Below, piece by piece: positions 54,246 through 62,360 of a stretch of 64,000 nucleotides of DNA (position 1 is its first letter; the number at the start of each line of letters is the position of its first letter). A program made the translations under genes and the position numbers. The notes beneath the pieces were generated by a model, which saw only the letters and a list, made by a program, of their open reading frames with translations, was not told the origin of the DNA and made no database searches. The stretch is from contig CBDCRP010000003.1 of NCBI GenBank assembly GCA_965221165.1, positions 224,001-288,000 of the forward strand, written 5' to 3'. This stretch comes from a bacterium. GTDB taxonomy: Bacteria; UBA8248.

Positions 54246-55226
54246 ATGCGCGAGATTTTATACCGAGAAGCCATCGTCGAGGCCTTGGATGAAGAAATGG
54301 CGAGAGACTCCTCGGTTTTCCTGCTAGGTGAGGATATCGCTGAGTTCGGCGGCTCATATAAGACGACCGTGGGGCTTTTGGAAAAATATGGCGCTGAGCG
54401 GGTGAGAAACACGCCTATCTCCGAGCAAGGCATCATCGGCGCGACACTGGGGGCGGCCCTCGTGGGCATGAGGCCCGTGGCGGAGTTGATGTACATCGAT
54501 TTTTCCGCTGTCGCCATGGATCAAATCGTCAACCAGGTCGCCAAAGTACGCTACATGTTCGGTGGCAAGGCGAATACCTCGCTCGTCATCAGAACCCAAG
54601 GCGGCGCAGGACGCAGTTCCGCCGCCCAGCACGCGCAAAGCTTGGAAGCTTGGTTCGTTCATGTGCCGGGCCTCAAGGTGATCATGCCCTCCAGCGCGCG
54701 CGACGCCAAAGGCCTCTTGAAGGCGGCCATCAGAGACGAGGATCCGGTCTTCTTCATTGAACATAAACTCCTTTATCTGGAAAAAGGCGCTGTTCCCGAG
54801 GAGGAGGAAGTTATCCCTATCGGCCTCGCCGAAGTGAAAAGACAGGGTAGCGACCTCACCATAGTCGCCACATCCTCGATGGTCGGCAAATCGCTCGCCG
54901 CGGCGGATGAGCTCGAAAAAGAAGGGGTTCACTGCGAGGTCATAGACCCCAGAACGCTTTTCCCCCTCGATGTGGAGACGATTCTCGCCTCCGTGCGCAA
55001 GACGGGCCGGCTCCTCATCACCCATGAGGCCGTTCAGCGTTGCGGCTGGGGAGCGGAAATCGCCGCTCTCGCCGCCAAAGAAGCTTTCGATTATCTCGAC
55101 GCACCCATCGAGCGCGTATGCGCCAAGGAAACGCCGGTGCCCTTTTCGCCCAAACTAGAATCCTACGTCATTCCCGACAAGGATGACGTAATCGCCGGTG
55201 TGCGTGGTATGCTAGAGACGGTATAA
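54246..55226 (+). CDS. 2-oxoacid/acetoin dehydrogenase E1 beta subunit
   Basis: LGEDI, NTPISE, AQHAQS, PGLKV, DPRTLFPLD. Confidence 0.93.
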   Translation: MREILYREAIVEALDEEMARDSSVFLLGEDIAEFGGSYKTTVGLLEKYGAERVRNTPISEQGIIGATLGAALVGMRPVAELMYIDFSAVAMDQIVNQVAKVRYMFGGKANTSLVIRTQGGAGRSSAAQHAQSLEAWFVHVPGLKVIMPSSARDAKGLLKAAIRDEDPVFFIEHKLLYLEKGAVPEEEEVIPIGLAEVKRQGSDLTIVATSSMVGKSLAAADELEKEGVHCEVIDPRTLFPLDVETILASVRKTGRLLITHEAVQRCGWGAEIAALAAKEAFDYLDAPIERVCAKETPVPFSPKLESYVIPDKDDVIAGVRGMLETV

Positions 55227-55261
55227 CTTCAGAATACATCCAATTATTAGGAGCAAGATTC

Positions 55262-56512
55262 ATGGCCACTCCCCTCCCGATGCCCAAGCTCGGCCTCACC
55301 ATGGAAGAAGGGACCATCCTCAAATGGCGCAAGGGCGAAGGCGAATCGGTCGAAAAGGGCGAGATTATTCTCGACATCCAGACCGATAAGGTCGAGTACG
55401 AGGTCGAATCGCCGGACGGCGGCCTACTGCTCAAGATGCTGGCTGGAGAAGGCGACGTCGTTCCCTGCGGCACGGACATTGCCGTCATCGGCGAGACGGG
55501 AGAGGACATCAGCGATTTTGAAGGCGGCGGGCCCGTCGAGACCCCCGTGGAGGCGGAACCCAGCGCGGCGGATGCGCCCCCGACGCCACCACCCGCCCCG
55601 GCGCCTGCCCCTGTTCCAGCGCCACCCCTCCCCGCTCAGCCGGCACCTGCGGGCAGGGTCTTCGCCAGCCCGGCGGCAAGGCGCGTGGCCCGTGAACTCG
55701 GAATCGATTTCCGCACCCTGAAAGGCTCGGGCCCCGGCGGAAGAATCGTGCAGGCCGACGTGAGAACGGCGGCGGCATCGGGTCTTACCGCAGCACCGGC
55801 CGCCGCGAGCGGTCCGGCGGCCGTGGCCGCTTCGACGCCCCTGGTCGGCATGCGGAAAATCATCGCCGATCGCATGCTTTCGAGTTGGTCCCAGGTGCCG
55901 CGCATCACCATGCAGGCCGAGGTGGACCTCACCAACCTCCTCGCCGTGCGCGAGGCCAGCCGCCAGGCGTGGGAGAACGACTTCGGCGTCAGGGTATCCA
56001 TCAACGATCTCATCCTCTTCTACACCGCCCGCGCCGTGCGCCGCTGTCCGGCCGTGAACGTCCGCCTCGCCGAAAACGCCCTGGAACAGATGCGGGATGT
56101 GAACATCGGGGTAGCAGTAGCCGTCGAGCGGGGACTGATGGTGCCCGTCATCAGAGGCGCCGATCAGAAATCCATCGATGCCGTCTCGCGCGAGTCGAGA
56201 GCGCTGGCCGAGGCGGCCCGCGCGGGCGCCTTGGGCCTCGACGCGCTGGAAGGAGGCACCTTCACGGTCTCGAATCTGGGCGCCTACGGAGTGGACCATT
56301 TCAGCGCCATCATCAACCACCCCGAATCCGCCATCCTCTCCGTTGGCGCGGCGAGAGAGCGCGCCGTGGTGCGAAACGGCGAGGTCGTGGCCCGGACGAC
56401 GGCCTACGTCGGCATCAACGCCGACCACCGCCTGGTCGACGGCGCGCCGGCGGCCGAGTTCCTGGCCACGCTCAAGGACATGCTCGAGCATCCCAAGGTG
56501 ATGCCCGCCTGA
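55262..56512 (+). CDS. Dihydrolipoamide acyltransferase E2
   Basis: Lipoyl QTDKV, Pro/Ala linker, ASPAARR E3-binding domain, TVSNLG, DHRLVDG. Confidence 0.93.
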   Translation: MATPLPMPKLGLTMEEGTILKWRKGEGESVEKGEIILDIQTDKVEYEVESPDGGLLLKMLAGEGDVVPCGTDIAVIGETGEDISDFEGGGPVETPVEAEPSAADAPPTPPPAPAPAPVPAPPLPAQPAPAGRVFASPAARRVARELGIDFRTLKGSGPGGRIVQADVRTAAASGLTAAPAAASGPAAVAASTPLVGMRKIIADRMLSSWSQVPRITMQAEVDLTNLLAVREASRQAWENDFGVRVSINDLILFYTARAVRRCPAVNVRLAENALEQMRDVNIGVAVAVERGLMVPVIRGADQKSIDAVSRESRALAEAARAGALGLDALEGGTFTVSNLGAYGVDHFSAIINHPESAILSVGAARERAVVRNGEVVARTTAYVGINADHRLVDGAPAAEFLATLKDMLEHPKVMPA

Positions 56513-56794
56513 CCCCCACATTTTTTTTATTTAGTGAAAAAGCCTGAAAACGCCCTTTTCGTGCGTGCGCCTAAAATAGTGTGTGTAGTAATATCAATTA
56601 CTTAGGTTGATTTATTAAACCATTTTATATTTTCAGTTTTTTTCAGATATTTCCCCCTTTTTTCACCTTTTTTTACTTTTTTTCCCATATCCTTTTTCGC
56701 ATTTTTCCTTCTTCGTCAAACCCGACCGAGGAGGGAGGAATGTTCCGGCCAATGGGGAAAATTGCCCGCTTCCGGGGGACTGGTGTCCATCATT

Positions 56795-56822
56795 GCAGGG
56801 GCCGTTCGCGAACGGCCCTTAC
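56795..56822. repeat. REP-like palindrome
   Basis: GCAGGGGCCGTTCGCGAACGGCCCTTAC; near-identical design to 58807-58834. Confidence 0.7.
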
Positions 56823-57022
56823 GGTAGTGGGGGATGATTTTCTCTGTGGATGGAACCCCGTCCCAGGGGTTGACCACAGGTCGCGACCAGCCCCCTAGGG
56901 GTCGAGGTGAAGAAGCTCGTGGGTTGCCGGAATTCAATCTGACTTGAAATTCACCTGTCCCGGATCCCCCATTCAAGCGCTGCGGGATGACAATCAAAGG
57001 CGAAGACAATCCCGTGCGGGGA

Positions 57023-57114
57023 GGAACGATTCCTCCTCGGGCGGGAGAATCCCTTCCTCCTTGGGCGGAACAATCCCTCCCTCCCCGGTCGGAACAATCC
57101 CTTCCTCCTCGAGC
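57023..57114 (+). repeat. Tandem array of about 24-bp repeats (three full units and one shortened)
   Basis: GGGAGAATCCCTTCCTCCTTGGGC / GGAACAATCCCTCCCTCCCCGGTC / GGAACAATCCCTTCCTCCTCGAGC at 57043, 57067, 57091. Confidence 0.8.
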
Positions 57115-57272
57115 GGGATTCACCCCGATTTCCATCGCGCCGCGCCGTGTAGTATTATCATTTATGTTGCAATTTATATTGCGGCGCGCGTTTCGGGCGT
57201 GTTCGCGATTCGAGAATGTCATGACTATTTCTCCGCCCCCCGGGACCCGGGTCATAATTCAGGAGACAAGCG

Positions 57273-57683
57273 ATGGCCGAGACAGTTCGGGAAGTAAACT
57301 ACTATTACATCACCGCTTCCAATAAGCCGGGAGAAGGCGCCGCCCTCGCTTCGCTCTTCAAGGACGCGGGCGTCAGCCTGCTGGCGATGCACGCCTTCCC
57401 CGCGCGCAGGCGCGTTCAGGTCGACTTCGTGCCCGAGGACGCGCGGGCCTTCACCTCCTTCGCGCGCAAGGCGAAGCTTAAGCTCAGCCCCCGGAAAAAG
57501 GCCTTCCTCGTCGAGGGCACGGATCGCACCGGGGCGCTTCTGCCGGTTCTCACCAAGCTCGCCGAGGCTGGAATCAACATCACCGCCATCACGGCCATCG
57601 CCGCGGGCAGGAAGCGCTACGGCGCCATCTTCTGGGTGAATCCCAAGGACCAGCGCAGGGCCAAGAAAGCGCTGGGGGTGTAG
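57273..57683 (+). CDS. Tandem ACT-domain protein
   Basis: NKPGEGA...AGVSLLA and DRTGAL...LAEAGINITA ACT signatures; AGGAG RBS. Confidence 0.85.
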   Translation: MAETVREVNYYYITASNKPGEGAALASLFKDAGVSLLAMHAFPARRRVQVDFVPEDARAFTSFARKAKLKLSPRKKAFLVEGTDRTGALLPVLTKLAEAGINITAITAIAAGRKRYGAIFWVNPKDQRRAKKALGV

Positions 57684-57712
57684 AGCAAGGAAGAAGGGAT
57701 TGCATGGGTTTT

Positions 57713-58215
57713 GTAGGGGCGGACCTATGTATCCGCCCCACAAGTTCCCCCCACATCTCCATTGGGGAATCCACGCATCACTAGGGTGAACACACAGGTT
57801 TTTACCTACTAACCTAATGAACCTCCGTAGGGGTGTCGAACTTCCCTGAGAAAGGGAAGTTCGTATGTGTCCGCCCGCCTTTGCGTCTTCGCTCGTCATT
57901 CCGGTGTTAAACCCGACTGACGAGAAAGGGTTTGCGGAATCCAGAACCAGTTTTGAAAAAGCGGGACCTTCGTAATCACTCCTCCCTTGAGGGTCGGTCT
58001 TTCCTTCTCGGGAAGACCGACGCAGAAGCCGAGTCCTCAGGGCGAAGGCTGATGCGGTGGGGGGCTAATCCGACCGGAGAGGGAGCGATTATGCCTTTTG
58101 TAGGGGAGGCATACATGCCTCCCTGCCTTTTCGCCTTCAAACCATGGGTCGCATATATGCGTGGGGCGGTCCCGAGGAGTCGGTTCCGACCGAAGAGGGA
58201 GGAACCGCCACTTAC
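57713..58215. repeat. Cluster of nested REP-like palindromes and miniature elements
   Basis: GTAG-headed palindromes at 57713, 57809 (minus), 57827 and 58100; GTCATTCCG element at about 57895; copy of the 34951 element at 57974-58090. Confidence 0.75.
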
Positions 58216-58234
58216 AAACCCCTGCTTGACTCCG

Positions 58235-58708
58235 TCATTTCGGCCCTAGCCCCAACTCCATGAACAGCGCGCCCTCCACGGGATTTTCGGCGTAAGGGGC
58301 GATCTCCGTAAAACCCATCGAGCGGTACAGAGCCATGGCCGCGCGCATGGAGGGCAGCGTATCTAAGCGCATGGCGGCGTAGCCAATCTCCCGCGCGATG
58401 CGGACGATCTGCTCAGCACTCCTTCTCCCCAAACCGCGCCCGCGAAAATCAGGCCGCACGAAGAGGCGCTTCATCTCGCAGACTTTCCCGCCCAAATCCC
58501 TGAGGGCGACACAGCCGACGGCCCGTTCCTCCACGCGGATCAAGAGAAATCGCCCGCCCGGCGGGCCGTACATGCGCTCGAGACTTTCGAGTTCTTCGGG
58601 AAAACCCTGAAAACACAGGTCGATTCCGAGACCGGCCTCGTACTCACGCAGCAACTCTCTCGCCTCGCGGTAATCTTCTTCCGTGGCTGCTGGGATGAAC
58701 CCGGACAT
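58235..58708 (-). CDS. GNAT family N-acetyltransferase
   Basis: GCVALR, CEMKRLFVRPDFRGRGLG, MRLDTL, LYRSMGF. Confidence 0.92.
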   Translation of the reverse strand: MSGFIPAATEEDYREARELLREYEAGLGIDLCFQGFPEELESLERMYGPPGGRFLLIRVEERAVGCVALRDLGGKVCEMKRLFVRPDFRGRGLGRRSAEQIVRIAREIGYAAMRLDTLPSMRAAMALYRSMGFTEIAPYAENPVEGALFMELGLGPK

Positions 58709-58806
58709 TTTATGGCTTCCTCCTCGTCGCGCCCATCCTAGCGCAGAAAAACGGGAGCCGCACCGGAGAGGTCAATCGCGAGCGAGGAGGGAGGAAATCC
58801 GTTTTT

Positions 58807-58834
58807 GTAGGGGCGGTTCGCGAACCACCTCTAC
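58807..58834. repeat. REP-like palindrome
   Basis: GTAGGGGCGGTTCGCGAACCACCTCTAC. Confidence 0.7.
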
Positions 58835-59044
58835 AGGGAAAGATTAACCCGTCATTCCGGTGTGAATCCTGACTTGGGAGGGAAAGATGGATTGTTCCGA
58901 CCAAGAAAGGAGGAAGACATCGGGTCACAATCCCTCGCTCCTGCCCGGAACAATCGCCGCTTCCCGTTGATCCCCACCCCCCCTTACGCGAAAATGCGCC
59001 CTCACTCTCATCCGTTCACGTTTCACCAGAAAAGGAATTCCCAC

Positions 59045-59707
59045 ATGCCGATAAACGAAGCCACCGGCCTATCTCAGGACATGGGCGTCACCGAGGAGAT
59101 GATGGCCTGCCCCCTCCCCCGGGTGCCGCTCATCGACCCGGAGAACATCCCCGAACACCTGGCCGCGGAACTGGCCCCCCTCTATGAGCGCGGCGTGAAG
59201 CGCTGGGGCAAAGTGTCGCGCTTTTTGCGCCTTCTCGGCTGGGCGCCCGGCTTCGTCGAGGGCTGGCAGATCATGGACGGAAAGCTGAGAGTCCAGCACC
59301 AGAAAACCGACCCCGAATACCTCCACATGGCCCAGCTCGTCATCATCAAGACGGCGATTCTCACCGAATGCAACAACTGACTCGGGCACAACGTCGAGCT
59401 CGGTCGGGCTCAGGGCATCGCGCAGGAGAAAATCAATTTATTGGAGGGCGACGGCTGGCGCGAAAGCGATCTGTTCAACGAGAAAGAAAAAGCCGCCATT
59501 GGCTGGGCGGAAGAAATCACGAACCTGACGCCCAAGGGGAACGACGCGGCATTCGAGGCCATGAAGAAACATTTTTCCACCGAACAACTCGTCTCCCTGA
59601 CCCTCATCTGCGGTCTTTGGAACCTGACGGGCCGCGTGGCCGAGGCCCTTCATCTCGTCGTGGAACCCCCCGGCGAGCGCATCGCCTTTCAGGACGGGAG
59701 TGAGTAG
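59045..59707 (+). CDS. AhpD/carboxymuconolactone decarboxylase-like protein, probable selenoprotein (TGA 59378-59380 = Sec)
   Basis: ORF-track pieces 58862-59380 and 59441-59707 are in one frame: KTAILTECNN-U-LGHNVELGRAQG...FNEKEKAAIGWAEEIT...HFSTEQLV; CxxU at the AhpD CxxC site; SECIS-like hairpin downstream. Confidence 0.87.
59396..59411 (+). promoter_or_regulatory. Putative bacterial SECIS hairpin
   Basis: GAGCTC-GGTC-GGGCTC, 6-bp stem (one U-G), loop starts 22 nt after the TGA. Confidence 0.75.
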
Positions 59708-59722
59708 GGGGAATTTGTCGGG

Positions 59723-60334
59723 TTATGGAGCGACGCCCACAAGCACCAGAGGAACTGCGGGAACCCCACGTCCTTGCCGCAAAACATTCAGCAAATCCCG
59801 CTCATAGTAGGCGACGCCGGAGGACATCTCCCGCTCCAATTCCTTCATGGGGAGTATCTCCACTCCAACGTCGATGATGTCGGAAACATAAAAGCTGAGA
59901 TGCTTCACGAAGAGGTCGTGAGCGACGAAGGCGTACTTGCCGAACTGAACCTCCACCGCAACGCGCTCTTTTACGAAATCCGTCTGGTTGTAAGACATGA
60001 TGGGCTCAAATCCCGCTTTTTCAATCGCGCGCTTCTGCTCACTTTCCGACAGGCCGTATATGCCGCGCATGAGCTTCTCATCCGCCGTAAGCCAGAAAGT
60101 GCTCCTGCGCTCGCTCCAGCCGCGCGCCTTGAGGCCATCCTTGTACGCAAGATTCATGTCGGCCGGCGAGAACAGCACCTTGCCGGGCATGGTTTTTTCT
60201 TTGGATATCTTGGTCCGGCAAGCCATCGCGTCTACTTCCGCAATGACGTCCTTCACTTCATCCCATAAATGATTGCGGTGAACGATCAGGTACTCTTCGC
60301 CGTTTAAATGCGAGTAGCTGGCTTGGATGCGCAC
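59723..60334 (-). CDS. BglII/BstYI-family type II restriction endonuclease
   Basis: TDFVKERVAVEVQFGKY catalytic D...E-x-Q motif, DVGVEILP; start overlaps the MTase stop. Confidence 0.85.
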   Translation of the reverse strand: MRIQASYSHLNGEEYLIVHRNHLWDEVKDVIAEVDAMACRTKISKEKTMPGKVLFSPADMNLAYKDGLKARGWSERRSTFWLTADEKLMRGIYGLSESEQKRAIEKAGFEPIMSYNQTDFVKERVAVEVQFGKYAFVAHDLFVKHLSFYVSDIIDVGVEILPMKELEREMSSGVAYYERDLLNVLRQGRGVPAVPLVLVGVAP

Positions 60335-61248
60335 TAATGCCCACCGTTGGGTTTGGCGGGGTCGTAGATAGGCTTTCCCATCGGGCGCGTTTTAAGGGTA
60401 CCCGCATCTAGCCGACGCACCCGGTTCAGCGCGATATCCACATATTCCGAAACAACCTCACAGCCATAGGCCGATCTCTCGTGCATGAGCGCGGCAATGA
60501 CGGAGGAGCCGACGCCCATGTAGGGGTCGAACACCGCGTCGCCCTCATCCGTCATGGAGAGAACGAGGCGCTCTACCAACTCGACGGGGAACTGGCAGGG
60601 GTGAATCGTTTTTTCCGGATGGTTGCTCTTCACGTTCGGGAAGGTCCACACGTCGCTCGGGTTCTTTCCCTTTGGGTTCCCCGATAGTTTACCGATGTTC
60701 GGTCCCTTGAAGTGTTTTTTACCCGGATATTTCGCCGGAACCCGAATCGGGTCGAGATTCCAGGTGTAATCATCGCCCCTCGTCCACCAGTTGATCGTCT
60801 CGTATCGGCCCGAGAGCCGCTTGGCGCAATGAAGCCCGTGGCCGAAACACCAGACTATTCGGTTGCGGAGCCTAAGTCCCTGCGCTCGAAATACGGGATA
60901 GAGAACCGCGTCGAGCGGAATGATCTCCCCGTTTTCCACATAATTACCGACCTGCCAACAGATGGAGCCTTGGGGGTGCAGGAGCCTCACGCACTCATTT
61001 ATCACGCGTTCCTGCGCTTCGACGTAAGAGTCGAGCGGAGCTCTCGATTCGTATTCCTTCCCCAGATTGTAAGGGGGTGAGGTGACGATGAGCTTCATCC
61101 TTTCGTCGGGAAGCTCGGCCATGAAAATGAGGTTGTCCGCGCACGCGAGGATGGGTTGGCTCTTGGGCTTTTCCTGCTCCAATCGAGGGAGCATGTCCTG
61201 CGCCGGTTGCCGCACTGCGTCCTCAACATGCGAAGCGGCGTTGGTCAT
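60334..61248 (-). CDS. Beta-class N4/N6 DNA methyltransferase
   Basis: VTSPPYN (motif IV) before HPCQFP and FDPYMGVGS (motif I). Confidence 0.92.
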   Translation of the reverse strand: MTNAASHVEDAVRQPAQDMLPRLEQEKPKSQPILACADNLIFMAELPDERMKLIVTSPPYNLGKEYESRAPLDSYVEAQERVINECVRLLHPQGSICWQVGNYVENGEIIPLDAVLYPVFRAQGLRLRNRIVWCFGHGLHCAKRLSGRYETINWWTRGDDYTWNLDPIRVPAKYPGKKHFKGPNIGKLSGNPKGKNPSDVWTFPNVKSNHPEKTIHPCQFPVELVERLVLSMTDEGDAVFDPYMGVGSSVIAALMHERSAYGCEVVSEYVDIALNRVRRLDAGTLKTRPMGKPIYDPAKPNGGH

Positions 61249-61387
61249 CCAATTTCCTCACGGGCGGCAATATCTGACTCTGGTCGCGCGTCAATGTCTT
61301 CATCTTTACGGGCGGTGAATCATCATACAACCCGTTTTGCCGACTCTCAAGCCCAAGGTTTCTTTCAGGCTCTCCGATGCTTTTCCC

Positions 61388-62257
61388 TCATGCGGCGCAT
61401 CCCACCCCGCGCTTAAGCTTCACCCCCCGCACCGCCAAAACCTCGCGCGCGGGGGAGCGGTCGCCGGTGCAGCTGATCCGGCGCGGGCCTGCGAGGAATT
61501 GCAGCGAAAATCCCGTCTCTTCATATAAGCGGACGATTCTTTCCGTCGCCTGGTTCGAGAGCACGACGGGGCCTTCGTGCGCGCTGAGAAATTCCGCCAA
61601 GCGCACCTGATCCGCCCAGGAGAAATCCTCTTTGGCGTATTGCGTGAACTGGACGTCATACGGAGGATCCGCGTAGATGAAATCATCGGGCTCGATGGGG
61701 AGCGTCTCGAAATCCTGGCACCGAAACTCCCAGTCCCCAAAAATCTCCCGGTAAGACTTAAAATTTTTTGCGTAGTTGATTCGCTTGTAGCGTCCGAAGG
61801 GGACGTTGAACTCGCCTTTGCCGTTGAAGCGGCAAAGCCCGTTGTAGCCAGTGCGGTTTAAGTAATAGAAAAGCTCCGCCGCCTCCTTGTTGCGCCCCTT
61901 TCCGCTCATGAGGAGAGAGTTAAACCGCTCCCTGTGGGCGTAGTAGGTATCGGCCTCGTTGCGCATGTCGACCCGCGCGCGCGTCAAACCCTTCTTCAGC
62001 CAGGCGTAGAAATTCATGAGCGGGGCGTTGATGTCGTTCAAAAGCGCCTCCTCGGGCCTGAGGCCGAGCGCTACGGCCAGCCCCCCGCAGAAAGGCTCCA
62101 CGAGGCGGCGCTCGCTGTGCATTTCCCAATAGGCCTGAATATGCGGGATGAGCCACCGCTTGCCGCCGGCCCATTTGAGGGGCGGCGCAAGTTTTTCCTC
62201 GCCAGTGCGGATTTTGGCTATTGATGTGCGAGCTTGCGCTTTCGTGCTCGTGGCCAT
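61388..62257 (-). CDS. Dam-family (alpha class) DNA adenine methyltransferase
   Basis: LKWAGGK, EPFCGG, FNVPFG, YADPPY. Confidence 0.92.
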   Translation of the reverse strand: MATSTKAQARTSIAKIRTGEEKLAPPLKWAGGKRWLIPHIQAYWEMHSERRLVEPFCGGLAVALGLRPEEALLNDINAPLMNFYAWLKKGLTRARVDMRNEADTYYAHRERFNSLLMSGKGRNKEAAELFYYLNRTGYNGLCRFNGKGEFNVPFGRYKRINYAKNFKSYREIFGDWEFRCQDFETLPIEPDDFIYADPPYDVQFTQYAKEDFSWADQVRLAEFLSAHEGPVVLSNQATERIVRLYEETGFSLQFLAGPRRISCTGDRSPAREVLAVRGVKLKRGVGCAA

Positions 62258-62360
62258 TCGGATATCCCGGAGTGCTACGGCAAAGATGAAGTGGGCGGAT
62301 GCGAAACACCATACCACAACAGGTAGCTTAAGCCACCGGAAACCGGCGAGGTTCGCCCCC

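Noticed and set aside
55575-55650. Pro/Ala low-complexity repeats
   Set aside because: Ordinary flexible linker of the E2 subunit.
57023-57114. Possible CRISPR array
   Set aside because: Units are directly tandem with no unique spacers and no cas genes are nearby.
56716-57325. ORFs 56716-57255, 56944-57297 and 56987-57325 with repeated peptides
   Set aside because: Translations of the 24-bp DNA repeat and REP-like sequence; no RBS or family motifs.
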